DNA of 64,000 nucleotides. Origin: an uncultured Pseudomonadales bacterium. Lineage in GTDB: Bacteria > Pseudomonadota > Gammaproteobacteria > Pseudomonadales > Porticoccaceae. How positions within the stretch are numbered: the stretch's first letter is position 1; every line of letters begins with the position of its first letter. Location of the stretch: contig OX044363.1 in NCBI GenBank assembly GCA_943846685.1, forward strand, positions 1,765,386 to 1,829,385, in the 5' to 3' direction. Both the position numbers and the translations under genes were made by a program. This document shows positions 21,848 to 32,142 of this stretch, one piece after another. The notes under the pieces are model-generated. The model saw only the letters and a list, made by a program, of their open reading frames with translations, was not told the DNA's origin and did no database searches.

Positions 21848-22740
21848 TGGTAGCCCTCGACAACTTTTTGCAGGTATTGGCCGTAGCCGGTTTTGTGCAG
21901 TGCGGCAGCTTGTTTCTGCAGACGTTGCTCACAGATCCAGCCCCGCTGATAGGCTATTTCTTCGAGACAGGCGACTTTTAGTCCCTGGCGGTGCTCGACG
22001 GTTTGGACAAATTGACTGGCTTCAAGCAGTGAGTCATGGGTGCCGGTGTCGAGCCAGGCAAAGCCGCGCCCGAGTTGACTGACATGCAGGTCACCACGCT
22101 CTAGGTAGACGTTGTTGATATCGGTTATTTCGAGTTCGCCGCGGGCTGAGGGTTTGATACTTTTGGCGATTTCAATAACGTCATTGTCGTAAAAGTAGAG
22201 GCCGGTGATGGCGTATCGGGATTTTGGATTTTGCGGTTTTTCTTCAATGCTGATGGCTTTGCCTTGTGCATCAAATTCAACCACACCAAAACGTTCGGGG
22301 TCGTTGACATGGTAGGCGTAGATGGTTGCGCCCTGATCTCGTTGTGTGGCATTTTCGAGCTTGTCGGTGAAGTGTTGGCCGTAAAAGATATTGTCGCCAA
22401 GTACTAGGGCTACGTTATCGTCGCCAATAAACTCTTCGCCGATAATAAAGGCTTGGGCTAGTCCGTCTGGGGATGGCTGTTCGGCATAGCTGATGCTGAC
22501 GCCAAATTGACTGCCGTCGCCAAGCATACGCTTGAAGCCGGGCAGGTCGACGGGGGTTGAGATGATTAATACTTCGCGGATCCCGGCCAGCATTAATACT
22601 GACAGGGGGTAGTAGATCATCGGCTTGTCGTAGACTGGCAACAGCTGCTTTGAGGCTGCCAGTGTGATCGGATGCAGACGTGTGCCTGAACCGCCGGCGA
22701 GGATAATCCCTTTGTAGTTCTTCCTTTCAGTTTCTTCCAT
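21844..22740 (-). CDS. rmlA: glucose-1-phosphate thymidylyltransferase (copy 2)
   Basis: [39 protein letters not shown]. Confidence 0.97.
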   Translation of the reverse strand: MEETERKNYKGIILAGGSGTRLHPITLAASKQLLPVYDKPMIYYPLSVLMLAGIREVLIISTPVDLPGFKRMLGDGSQFGVSISYAEQPSPDGLAQAFIIGEEFIGDDNVALVLGDNIFYGQHFTDKLENATQRDQGATIYAYHVNDPERFGVVEFDAQGKAISIEEKPQNPKSRYAITGLYFYDNDVIEIAKSIKPSARGELEITDINNVYLERGDLHVSQLGRGFAWLDTGTHDSLLEASQFVQTVEHRQGLKVACLEEIAYQRGWICEQRLQKQAAALHKTGYGQYLQKVVEGYQ

Positions 22741-22834
22741 AAACTGTAAACAATTCCTTTGTTTAATTTTCGCTTAACTTGCGTTTTTTACGGCTGTTTT
22801 TTAGTCAGCCTTCCTATGCTGCCTGTGGTGGGAT

Positions 22835-23020
22835 GAGATCCCTCGTCGCTTCGCTCTGTCGGGATGACAGGTTAAATCCTCTGCCGCAATGACAGGGTAA
22901 ATCCTCTGCCGCAATGACAGCTTAAATCCTCTGCCGCAATAACATACTGAACCCTCTGCCGAAACGGCAGCCCAACCGCTCTTAATTCCGAGCGAAGCCG
23001 AGGGGTCTTGCAAGACCCCT
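22835..23020. repeat. REP-like cluster: 36-bp element, four 25-bp tandem units, inverted REP remnant, 20-bp perfect palindrome
   Basis: 22835-22870 matches 19285-19320 at 35/36. Units of the form xxTAAATCCTCTGCCGCAATGACAG span 22871-22970 (3rd and 4th degenerate). AGGGGTCTTGCAAGACCCCT at 23001-23020. Confidence 0.85.
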
Positions 23021-23045
23021 CATTGTTCTAACTTATAATTAGATA

Positions 23046-24572
23046 CTAGTAAAAATTGTAGTTAACCGACGCGGCTACGCGCAATTTGTCTTCCTGACGA
23101 CCAAATTGATCAATTATTTTGTCGGTGTATCGCCCTTCTATCTCTATTTCGCCCCAAACAAACGGACGCAGCCATTTTGCTGATACTGTGTTCAGTGCTG
23201 TTTTCTTTGAGGTGATTGAGTGACGTGAGCTAGGGTCTTCAGTCAGGCTGTCATAATTAATGTCGCCAAAGCTGTAGCGCGCTTCAATTTTATCGCCATT
23301 ACTGAGATGGCCTATAGCACCAAGACTGGTCACTTTTGAGTCATTGTCCCAGGTTGCTCCAATCACTCGACCTTCATAGCGGTAGCCAGAACGGTAAATT
23401 CTGTGATTGTAGAGACTGTTATAGGGGCTAGGGGCGGACTTTAGGCTGGTGCCATCATGTTCAATAAATACCGCGCCCTCAAACCACTGACTAGTCAAAT
23501 CGAACTGCATACCCATCTGACTGGCTCGGCGAGAAGGCAGTCCACCCGCTTCATCTTCACCGATGGTCTGGCCGTAAAAGGATGCATCTAGCCAGGGTAA
23601 ATCCCAGCGGAAATCTATGCCGCCTAACTGATTGCCGGGCTCATCGAGTTTACAACTTTCTTCAACACAGTTATCCGAAAGACCGGTCATCAGTCTTAAA
23701 AAATTGCTCAAGCTTTCAGGTCTGCCCTCGCCTCCCCACTGCGCAGTGCGTCGCAGGTTAATTTCCAAGGACTGAGTGGGACGAAATCCAACCGTCATGC
23801 CAACCAGCTTGGCATCTTTGATATGTCGCTCGTCATCCAGCTTGGTGACAAACATATTGGTAGTCCAGGGGCCCAGCCACTTTATTACTGGTAGTTCTGA
23901 GGCTTCGGAGTAATTGCGCTGCAGGCTTATACCGGTGGTTGGGCGGGCATTATTGGTCATGATTAAGCTGCTGTTCCAAGAGGGTCCCCACCAGCGCTCA
24001 ACACTGCCAATAAGACCGACCCAGTTGCCCATCACTACACCGAAGTAGCTGTTGTCGTAGTGGGTTTCTTCACCATCCCAGGGGTTGTTGGTTTTAGTGA
24101 CTTCAAGGTTGTAGGTGAAGTTTTCTGTAATGTCGCTGCGGCGCAGGGTTATCTCGGCTTCTTCACGAGCTTTGTCTCCGAAGTGCCGAAACAGCTGTGA
24201 TTGATTGGCAACGGTCAATTTGACTGACTGACTGGGCTTGTGGATGCGCGCGGCTTTTCTTCCAGCGGTCAGAACTCGTGCATAACTATTTTTTAGTTTA
24301 TCTGGAACCGCTTTACTGTCTGTGGCTTCAAGATTGTTAATGATACTCAACCACATTAATGGTCGAGTGTTGATAGGAACTTTAATAATGCCGGCGCTGG
24401 AGAGTCTCTCTATATCAACTCGCAGGCCTGAGTCTCTGGTATCAATCCATGGCTCTGCGGCGGCAAGGTAGGAGCCGTTCATCAACAGAACAAGAAACAG
24501 AGTGCAACTTCTAAGCCAGCTATTTGTTTTTTTATTATTAGTGATCAACACATTACGTTGTATCTTTAACAT
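23046..24572 (-). CDS. wzi: capsule assembly Wzi-family outer-membrane protein
   Basis: Signal peptide, EPWI..LRVDIERL..AGII, RWWGPSW.SSLIMTNNARP, NQLGG, C-terminal aromatic F-Y. Confidence 0.85.
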   Translation of the reverse strand: MLKIQRNVLITNNKKTNSWLRSCTLFLVLLMNGSYLAAAEPWIDTRDSGLRVDIERLSSAGIIKVPINTRPLMWLSIINNLEATDSKAVPDKLKNSYARVLTAGRKAARIHKPSQSVKLTVANQSQLFRHFGDKAREEAEITLRRSDITENFTYNLEVTKTNNPWDGEETHYDNSYFGVVMGNWVGLIGSVERWWGPSWNSSLIMTNNARPTTGISLQRNYSEASELPVIKWLGPWTTNMFVTKLDDERHIKDAKLVGMTVGFRPTQSLEINLRRTAQWGGEGRPESLSNFLRLMTGLSDNCVEESCKLDEPGNQLGGIDFRWDLPWLDASFYGQTIGEDEAGGLPSRRASQMGMQFDLTSQWFEGAVFIEHDGTSLKSAPSPYNSLYNHRIYRSGYRYEGRVIGATWDNDSKVTSLGAIGHLSNGDKIEARYSFGDINYDSLTEDPSSRHSITSKKTALNTVSAKWLRPFVWGEIEIEGRYTDKIIDQFGRQEDKLRVAASVNYNFY

Positions 24573-24597
24573 TTCTAATACCTTTTAATTTTTTAAT

Positions 24598-27135
24598 CTA
24601 AAAGCTGTTGATTGCTGCTGCACCCAGTGCCAGCTGGTAAACAATTGCACTGGCTTCTCCCCAGAGCGTTAGCTTGCGGCGGCGGTCAACATCCAGTGGA
24701 ACTATAACTGTATCTCCAGGTTCAATATTGTTGATTCTGTGTTTAAACCAGCCAGAGCGACCTGGCAAGGACACTGATCCATCAGCTTTTACTACATAGA
24801 TACGCTTGTTGTCGGCGCGGCGGGTCACACCGCCACTAAGATCAATATAATCATCAATCTTTAAATTTCTATTAAACAAATGTGATGATGGGTGCTGAAT
24901 TTCGCCCACCACTGATATCTCTTGGCGGTATTCGGGGACAACCAGCAGATCACCATCTTTTAAAATAATATCGTCTAAACTGGCATCGAGAATACCAGAA
25001 AGGTCTATAACCAGTCGCCCTAATGCTTCACTGGCCTCTAGCTCTGAAAGTATTTTGGTTGAATCATCGAGACTGGACGACTTGCCTTCATTGGTTTTTT
25101 CCAAGCTACTTGCAGCTATGTCTGCGCGTAAACGCTGGCGCAACTCTTGTAATTGTTTGGCTTCCTGTTCACGGAGTACTTCGCGAGTAAATACGGCTGC
25201 ATCTTGGTGCGCGTGCTCGGTTAAGCCTCCAGCGCGCTTGATAACTTCGCTTAATTTCTCGCCACGCTTAAATCGATAGTGGCCGGGAAATCTGACTTCT
25301 CCCATCAGGCTAATGCTCAGGGATTCTCTAAATTCGGGTATGGTGCGCACCGACACAACATCATAGGGGTGCAGTACTGGGTCTTTGCTCGGATCGCCTA
25401 TGGCTTCAGCCAGAGTGATGGCGAAATGGTCTGCTTGTGCCTTTTCTATATTGGTAAAATCATGTCGAGATAGCTCGACGACCTGCGTGTACGCTTCTTC
25501 ATTGAGCCCACCTGCTGTTGCAATTAACTGGGTCAACGTCATGTCTTTTGTCAGTGGGTATTCTCCGGGGGAGCGAACGGTACCGGTGATTGTGACAACC
25601 CGTGCCATTTCTCCAGAGCGCGATTGCAGTCTTAATAACTTCACCAGTTCTTCAAGCTTGGCGGCGCGGTTTGCCTCATTGGAGAAGACAATAAGTTTGT
25701 CGCGGGGCAGGAAGTTAATATTGGCGCTGCTGTCGGGATCGGCGAGCACTGCACGCAGGTCGACAAATAACGGTTCTATTCTTCCCACTGGCGGCAGTTC
25801 GCGGTGGATTAGGGCAAAGTCTAGGTCTGCATTGGGTTTTAGGCTTGCAAGACTTTTAACCAGGTCTGAGATTTGCAGCCCTTCACGCCATAAAAAATCA
25901 CCGGGGTAGTAAACATGGCCGGACAGTGTGACAACCAATTCCTGCCGCTCTACTGCGCTGTCGACCACTAAAAGATCACCACTTTTGATCGCGGTGTTCT
26001 GGCCTTTCGAGGTACTTAAATCTATATCAACTACACCCATAAATCCGGAATTGCCAACGCGGTGAATTCGCGCGCTTTTCGAAAATGCTTTGGGTGTTAA
26101 ACCTCCGGCCAGCTTTATAAGCTCATGGGCCGTGACGCTGCCTTTAAGCTCATAGATAGCGGGTCTGCGCACCTGGCCATTGACTGAGGCAGTTTTGTTG
26201 ACGGTGGGAATATAAATAGTGTCGCCGGACTGCAACTGTGCATCATCGCGAGTATCGCCATGTAACAGCAAGTCATAGAGATCTAGGTTGGCGACTACTT
26301 TACCGGCACGTTTTAGCTGCAGGTTGCGCAGCGAGGCAATATCACTGAGCCCCCCAGATAGGAACAGGGCGTTGGTAATGGTGGAAAGTGCGGAGATGGT
26401 ATAGGTGCCGGGCTTGTAGGCTTCACCTAACATAAACACCTGCATGGAGCGCAATTCACCGAGGCTGATACTGGCTTCGATACCAATAATTTCTTCTTTA
26501 ATACGGCGCTGTAATAGCTGTTTGGCGTCACTAAAGGTCATGCCGGCAAGGCTGACTGGGCCAAGCTGCGGGAAGTCTATGGAACCGTCACGATTAATTT
26601 CCAGTTTATGGGATTCATTGACCTTGCCATAAAAAAGCACCTGCACCGTATCTCCGGGCCCAAGAATATAGCTGGGGGACACAGGAATTCGTGATGCGGG
26701 TTCAAAACTGGTTGGCTCTCCAGAGAAAAGATCGTAGCCATAGGCTGTTAATGCTTTCGCTTTAGCGATTTCACTGAGTTCTTCTGCTGAGGGCAACGGC
26801 GATGGCATAGTTTTATCTGCATCTCTCTTTGCATCTTCGCGAGGCAAGACCAGTGGTTCATCATCGACGGAACTTTCCGAAAGCTCAAATAGATCAAGGC
26901 TGCTGCAAAGCGTGTCTATATCATAACCGGCGGATTTGGCGAGGCGCTTGTTCGACTCACTCATCCCACTACACAGCTGACGCGCTTCTTTTATACTTTC
27001 CTGAGCTGAGCTGAGAGATAAATCCTGAGCAGACAGCATTGCGCTTAGTAACATTAAGGCTAAGCCAATAGAAAAGGCGTAAAAAGTGGGGGTCTTAAAC
27101 ATAAGTAGTCTCATAATGTATTTTTTTGCATCCAT
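24598..27135 (-). CDS. large polysaccharide export protein with tandem SLBB domains (Wza-like, OtnA/WbfF/KpsD type)
   Basis: YILGPGD, G.V..PG.Y repeats, AGGL motifs x4, C-terminal PGDTVIVP and amphipathic helix. Confidence 0.85.
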   Translation of the reverse strand: MDAKKYIMRLLMFKTPTFYAFSIGLALMLLSAMLSAQDLSLSSAQESIKEARQLCSGMSESNKRLAKSAGYDIDTLCSSLDLFELSESSVDDEPLVLPREDAKRDADKTMPSPLPSAEELSEIAKAKALTAYGYDLFSGEPTSFEPASRIPVSPSYILGPGDTVQVLFYGKVNESHKLEINRDGSIDFPQLGPVSLAGMTFSDAKQLLQRRIKEEIIGIEASISLGELRSMQVFMLGEAYKPGTYTISALSTITNALFLSGGLSDIASLRNLQLKRAGKVVANLDLYDLLLHGDTRDDAQLQSGDTIYIPTVNKTASVNGQVRRPAIYELKGSVTAHELIKLAGGLTPKAFSKSARIHRVGNSGFMGVVDIDLSTSKGQNTAIKSGDLLVVDSAVERQELVVTLSGHVYYPGDFLWREGLQISDLVKSLASLKPNADLDFALIHRELPPVGRIEPLFVDLRAVLADPDSSANINFLPRDKLIVFSNEANRAAKLEELVKLLRLQSRSGEMARVVTITGTVRSPGEYPLTKDMTLTQLIATAGGLNEEAYTQVVELSRHDFTNIEKAQADHFAITLAEAIGDPSKDPVLHPYDVVSVRTIPEFRESLSISLMGEVRFPGHYRFKRGEKLSEVIKRAGGLTEHAHQDAAVFTREVLREQEAKQLQELRQRLRADIAASSLEKTNEGKSSSLDDSTKILSELEASEALGRLVIDLSGILDASLDDIILKDGDLLVVPEYRQEISVVGEIQHPSSHLFNRNLKIDDYIDLSGGVTRRADNKRIYVVKADGSVSLPGRSGWFKHRINNIEPGDTVIVPLDVDRRRKLTLWGEASAIVYQLALGAAAINSF

Positions 27136-27182
27136 TCAATTGTGAGCATTGCCGATAATATCTTACTTTTACAGGAAACACC

Positions 27183-27710
27183 CTAATCGGGGTTCTTATC
27201 ACTTGCCGTCAGGCTTTTAAACGGTAGCGATGCTTTTACCTGTTGGTTGAGTAAATTAACTAAAACAACGGCGCGCTGGTTGCCGTCTATTTCGGTAAAG
27301 ACTGCGTTGAGGCCTCTAAAGGGGCCGTCGATAATCTGTAGCTGATCACCAATCTTGGGTAGATCAGAAACCACCTCACCACTGGTTGCGTCAGTGCGCT
27401 CTTGCAGTTGCTCAATAAGGGTATCCGGCACCATAACCGGTGAGCCGGCACTGGTGACAAAATGGCTGACTCCTCGGGTAGAGCGAACGGTGGTGGCTGA
27501 CACTTTGCTTTGGTTAAAGTTTACAAAAAGGTAGCTGGGAAAGAGCGCTTCCTCTTTAATCACTCTGGTGCCTCGAGAGACTTTTTCGATACGAACCATT
27601 GGGCAAAAAGAGTCTACGCCCTGGCGTCCCAAATTCTCTACAGCCCGGGCTTCCTGCCTTGATTTCGTCTGAAGTAAAAACCAACTCCCTTCTTTCATAC
27701 CTGCATCCAT
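27183..27710 (-). CDS. rfaH: transcription antitermination factor RfaH
   Basis: NGN domain WFLLQTKSRQE..LFPSYLF..VRSTRGVSHFV and KOW GDQLQIIDGPFRGL. Confidence 0.92.
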   Translation of the reverse strand: MDAGMKEGSWFLLQTKSRQEARAVENLGRQGVDSFCPMVRIEKVSRGTRVIKEEALFPSYLFVNFNQSKVSATTVRSTRGVSHFVTSAGSPVMVPDTLIEQLQERTDATSGEVVSDLPKIGDQLQIIDGPFRGLNAVFTEIDGNQRAVVLVNLLNQQVKASLPFKSLTASDKNPD

Positions 27711-27743
27711 ATCCTTAAACTTTTTGACCTGTTTGCCTATACT

Positions 27744-29111
27744 TTAATCCAGTAGAGCAAGCAGCTCACTCTGACACTGAGCCAACAACTCACTATCACC
27801 GCGAGTTTCCAGATTCAGCCGCACTACCGGCTCGGTATTACTCATACGCAGATTAAAGCGCCACTCGGGGAATTCCATGGATATTCCGTCGGTGTCATCA
27901 ATAACCAATGCACTTGATTCGTAATGTTCGCGCACGCGCTGAATAGCCGCTGCGGGATCGGCAATTTTGCGATTGAGCTCACCCGGCGACGGATAGGCTA
28001 AAACCATATCATTGACCAGCTCAGAGAGTGGCTTGCCTGTGGTTGAAACCAGTTCTACAACCAATAACCATGGAATCATACCGCTGTCGCAGTAAAAGAA
28101 GTCACGGAAATAATGGTGGGCGCTCATCTCGCCGCCATAAATGGCGTCTTCTGCTCGCATACGCTCTTTAATAAAGGCGTGTCCAGTTTTTGACTGAATC
28201 GCTTGGCCACCGTTCTTTTCGGCGACTTCAATGGTGTTCCAGGTAAGCCGAGGGTCGTGAACAACTTTGGCTCCGGGGTTCTTCAACAAGAAGGCTTCTG
28301 CCAATAGGCCGACAATATAGTAGCCTTCAATAAAGTTGCCCTTTTCATCAACCAGGAAACAGCGATCAAAATCACCATCCCAGGCGATACCCATATCTGC
28401 TCCGTGCTCGAGAACCGCATCAATGGTTGGTGCACGATTCTCGTGGAGAATAGGATTGGGGATACCATTGGGGAATGTGCCATCTGGCTCATTGTTGATC
28501 TTGATTAATTCAATCGGCAGGTTTAACTCTGCAAAGCGCTTTTCAATGGCATCTACCACATGACCAGCTGCGCCGTTACCGGCATTCATAACCAGCTTGA
28601 GCGGCTTGACTTTGGAGACATCTAAATACCCAAACAGGTGGTCGAGATAGGCTTCCAGAACTGACATTTTCTTATAGCCGCCACGCTGTTCTTGAATGGC
28701 AGGAGAGAATTGATTTTGCTCTGCGAGTCGCTTGATATCCAGCAGGCCTGTATCGGCACTAATGGGTCGCGATCCCTCACGAATTGGTTTCATTCCATTG
28801 TGGTCAATCGGGTTGTGACTGGCTGTTACTTCGATACCACCGTCTGCATTGAGGTGCGAGGTGGCGAAATAGACTTCTTCGGTACCTACCATGCCAATAT
28901 CAATAACGTCTGATCCAGCATCACGGATACCTTCACTCAGGGCTGTTTTAAGAGCTTCGCTGGTTAAGCGAACATCACCGCCGAGAACAATGCTTTTTGG
29001 CTGAAGAAATTCAGCATAGGCACGACCAATACGGTAGGCTATTTCTTCGTTTAATTCAGTGCCCAGTTGCCCACGGATATCGTAGGCCTTAAAACAGGTT
29101 AACTCAGTCAT
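27744..29111 (-). CDS. manB: phosphomannomutase / phosphoglucomutase
   Basis: [39 protein letters not shown]. Confidence 0.95.
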   Translation of the reverse strand: MTELTCFKAYDIRGQLGTELNEEIAYRIGRAYAEFLQPKSIVLGGDVRLTSEALKTALSEGIRDAGSDVIDIGMVGTEEVYFATSHLNADGGIEVTASHNPIDHNGMKPIREGSRPISADTGLLDIKRLAEQNQFSPAIQEQRGGYKKMSVLEAYLDHLFGYLDVSKVKPLKLVMNAGNGAAGHVVDAIEKRFAELNLPIELIKINNEPDGTFPNGIPNPILHENRAPTIDAVLEHGADMGIAWDGDFDRCFLVDEKGNFIEGYYIVGLLAEAFLLKNPGAKVVHDPRLTWNTIEVAEKNGGQAIQSKTGHAFIKERMRAEDAIYGGEMSAHHYFRDFFYCDSGMIPWLLVVELVSTTGKPLSELVNDMVLAYPSPGELNRKIADPAAAIQRVREHYESSALVIDDTDGISMEFPEWRFNLRMSNTEPVVRLNLETRGDSELLAQCQSELLALLD

Positions 29112-29282
29112 TCATCTCTCTCTTAGATAGGCCTCTTTTGAGGCTTTTTCAGTCTGGCCAATAGCAACCAGATCCATTGACGTTTAATTTAAAATTACCC
29201 TGCTATATAAGCTTGTGTAAACCTTTATGAGAGACTCATGAAGATTTTTTCTACATTAGTATAGCTGAGATAATTCAGTTAG

Positions 29283-31052
29283 CTAGAAGGGCCAAACTAT
29301 TGGCACCAGAAATACCACCATTACTCCCACTAGTATGCTGAGTAGTAACCCGACCCGAAAGTAATCAGAAAACTGATAGCCACCAGGTCCCTGAACCATC
29401 AGGTTAGTCTGGTAGCCAAAGGGGGTCAAAAAGCTTGCCGATGCGGCAAACATGATGGTCATTACAAATGGCAGCAGACTGACATCAAGCTCGGTACTGA
29501 GCGCCTGTGCCAGCGGAAACATTAAAACTGCAGCAGCATTGTTGGTAATCAGTTCTGTGGCAGCGACGGTTACCAGATATAAAAGCAGTAAGTTTATAAA
29601 GGGGTTGCCATCGGCAAGGGACATAATTCCCTGGGCCGCTATATCAGCTAATCCGGTTTTTTGTAGGGCAAAGCCGAGAGACAGAGATGCGCCAATCGCG
29701 AGTATCACGCGCATATCAATACTGCGTTGAGCAAACTCCAGAGAAATACAGCGCGTGACTGCCAGTCCTGCAACCAGTAACAGTGAGGCTGAGACCAGTG
29801 ACATTAGCCCCAGCAAAACAACAACGATAAATAGTCCCAACAAGCCCAGCGCCACTGGGGCTCTTGAGACATCGGGAATGGTCGCGTCATCAATTCGACT
29901 GAGCAACAGGAAATCACGGTTATAGCGATGGCGACGAACAAAGCCGCGAGCGGCTTCCAGCAACAGGGTGTCACCGGGCTTAATAACAATGCTGCCTACC
30001 TTTTCATTGATTCGCTTGCCGTTGCGCGAGATAGATAGGATAACGCCGCCAAACAATGTTCTAAAGGTCGATTCCTTAACGGTCTTGCCAATCATATTGG
30101 AGACCGGTGAAACTACAGCTTCTATAAGGGCTCTACTGCTGTAGGGAACATCCAGCTCTAACACTTCACTTTCGGCTGGTGTCAGACCTCGAAATTGACG
30201 CAGTTCGCTTACGGCTTCTGGCTGACCAACAAAGACTAAAATATCATTACCACTAAGAATTTCCTCTGGACCCACAGCAGGAATGACATGGCCTTTGGAT
30301 TGAATCTCAGATAAAAAGCTGTATTGCAGATGGCGTAGGCCAGCATCGGCAATCGACATACCGGCCAATACACCGCCCTCTTCTACTCGCATAGATACTG
30401 CATATTGACGGGTATCAATAAGGTCTTCGCCGAGGCTCTTGCGCTCAGGCAGTAAGTGATGACCGATTAAAACGAAGTAGCCGATTCCTACCAGTATAAG
30501 GGGAAGACCAACTGCCGCCGGGCTGAACAGGTTAAGGCTCTCTGCCTCTGGAGACCCTTGCAGCATACCTACAATGATAATGTTGGTACTGGTGCCGATC
30601 AGTGTGCAAGTGCCACCCAAAATCGATGCGTAACTGAGCGGTATTAATAACTTGGATACTGATACATTATGGCGCCTTGCCCAATCCTGTATCAGCGGAA
30701 TAAATATAGCCACTACCGGAGTGTTGCTAATCACCGAGCTACTGACTGCGACTGGTGCCATAATCAGTGGAATAGCGCCTTTGACGGATTTGTTCTTGCC
30801 CAACCAGCGCATAATCCACCAGTGTAATGCGCCACTCTCTTTGAGGGCGGAGGAGACAATATAAAAGCTGGCAATAATAAAAATCGCCGGGTTAGAAAAG
30901 CCCTCAAAAGCTTCACTGGGAGTAAGTACACCAAAAACCAACAAAGCTGTCATGCACAGCGCTAAAGCAATATCTACCGCTATTCGGCCGCTGACTGCGA
31001 CAACGAGAAAGCTGATCAAAACAACTAATGTAATTACTGCATCGAGGCTCAT
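29283..31052 (-). CDS. SLC13/DASS-family permease with two TrkA-C domains (possible sulfate/anion transporter)
   Basis: SNTPVVA, LGGTCTLIGTSTN, TrkA-C-like central repeats, TELITNNAAA, FLTPFGYQTNLMV.GPGGY. Confidence 0.88.
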   Translation of the reverse strand: MSLDAVITLVVLISFLVVAVSGRIAVDIALALCMTALLVFGVLTPSEAFEGFSNPAIFIIASFYIVSSALKESGALHWWIMRWLGKNKSVKGAIPLIMAPVAVSSSVISNTPVVAIFIPLIQDWARRHNVSVSKLLIPLSYASILGGTCTLIGTSTNIIIVGMLQGSPEAESLNLFSPAAVGLPLILVGIGYFVLIGHHLLPERKSLGEDLIDTRQYAVSMRVEEGGVLAGMSIADAGLRHLQYSFLSEIQSKGHVIPAVGPEEILSGNDILVFVGQPEAVSELRQFRGLTPAESEVLELDVPYSSRALIEAVVSPVSNMIGKTVKESTFRTLFGGVILSISRNGKRINEKVGSIVIKPGDTLLLEAARGFVRRHRYNRDFLLLSRIDDATIPDVSRAPVALGLLGLFIVVVLLGLMSLVSASLLLVAGLAVTRCISLEFAQRSIDMRVILAIGASLSLGFALQKTGLADIAAQGIMSLADGNPFINLLLLYLVTVAATELITNNAAAVLMFPLAQALSTELDVSLLPFVMTIMFAASASFLTPFGYQTNLMVQGPGGYQFSDYFRVGLLLSILVGVMVVFLVPIVWPF

Positions 31053-31079
31053 TTGGGCACCGCTTTTATTCGAATCTAC

Positions 31080-32021
31080 TTAGATGTTACTTTTTGATGA
31101 GACACGGAGTGAATGCCTTACCAGAACTACGAGCATTGAAAAAATAACTGCAAAAAAACTGCCAAGAACAACTATAAGAACGCGCCTTGGTCCTATTTTT
31201 TCCTCAGCAACCATACTTTGATTAACCACAACGAATGTGTGCTCAGGGGTGGCTTCTGCAAGCATTTTATTTTTAATCTGTTCTTCGATAATAGTGTAAA
31301 ACACATTTTCCATATGTGAGATTGAGGTTTTCTCCACCTGAGCCCTTAGGTATTCGATATTACTATTTACCTTATTTAATTTTCTCTGCTGCATATGTCT
31401 GTTGATTTCCTCGAAAAGCAAATCAACCAGCTGTTTGGCAACGTAGGGAGAATAGTGCTCAATACTCAGTGTAACCAAACCGGCTTCTGAGTCCTGGCTA
31501 ACCGAAAGCATATCGGAAAATCTTTTATAGAGTTTCCAACTTGAGGGGGCACCTAAATCTCCATTAGCATCTTCAATCAACCATTTTTTATTTTTCTCAT
31601 CATAGATATCACTATCAATGATCAGGCTATTAGTGCTTTTATCCCATCCAGAGACTGCGTATAAGGGTATTTGAAGATTATTTTTTTCAATGAATTCCTC
31701 AATAAAGCCCCAAGATTCCATAATTTCCTGAGCGATTTGAGCTTCACTACCGTCTCCAACCCCAAAACTTAACCCAGCTAAAGAAGCTACACTACCTAAA
31801 CGACTTAAAGCACCAGGCAAGCCACTGGCTTCAGGGGTTACAGGAGCCAAAACAGACGCAGATGCGTACCTGTCAGGTAGAATTAAAGCTATGACAAGAC
31901 ATAGAACTGCAAAAAATGATGACAAGGCAACAATTAGTTTCCTGCCATTCCAAAGAGCTCGGACGACCTCACGAAGATCAATTTGGTCTTCGTTTACAAG
32001 AAGTGGAATGTCATTCTGCAA
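31080..32021 (-). CDS. wzz: Wzz/FepE chain-length determinant (copy 2)
   Basis: DQIDLREV..LW, two TM helices, EEKIGPRR; clearly paralogous to 18210..19169 (shared IIEEQIKNKMLAEA). Confidence 0.9.
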   Translation of the reverse strand: MQNDIPLLVNEDQIDLREVVRALWNGRKLIVALSSFFAVLCLVIALILPDRYASASVLAPVTPEASGLPGALSRLGSVASLAGLSFGVGDGSEAQIAQEIMESWGFIEEFIEKNNLQIPLYAVSGWDKSTNSLIIDSDIYDEKNKKWLIEDANGDLGAPSSWKLYKRFSDMLSVSQDSEAGLVTLSIEHYSPYVAKQLVDLLFEEINRHMQQRKLNKVNSNIEYLRAQVEKTSISHMENVFYTIIEEQIKNKMLAEATPEHTFVVVNQSMVAEEKIGPRRVLIVVLGSFFAVIFSMLVVLVRHSLRVSSKSNI

Positions 32022-32142
32022 AATATATGGCCCTTAATTGGTGCATAGCACCATAATTAGCTTAATTAGTGAGTTATTAGTTACTGCGATATTTCAAGAC
32101 ACTTTTTATTGATGAAAAAGCAAATAGCAGTGCGCAAATTTA

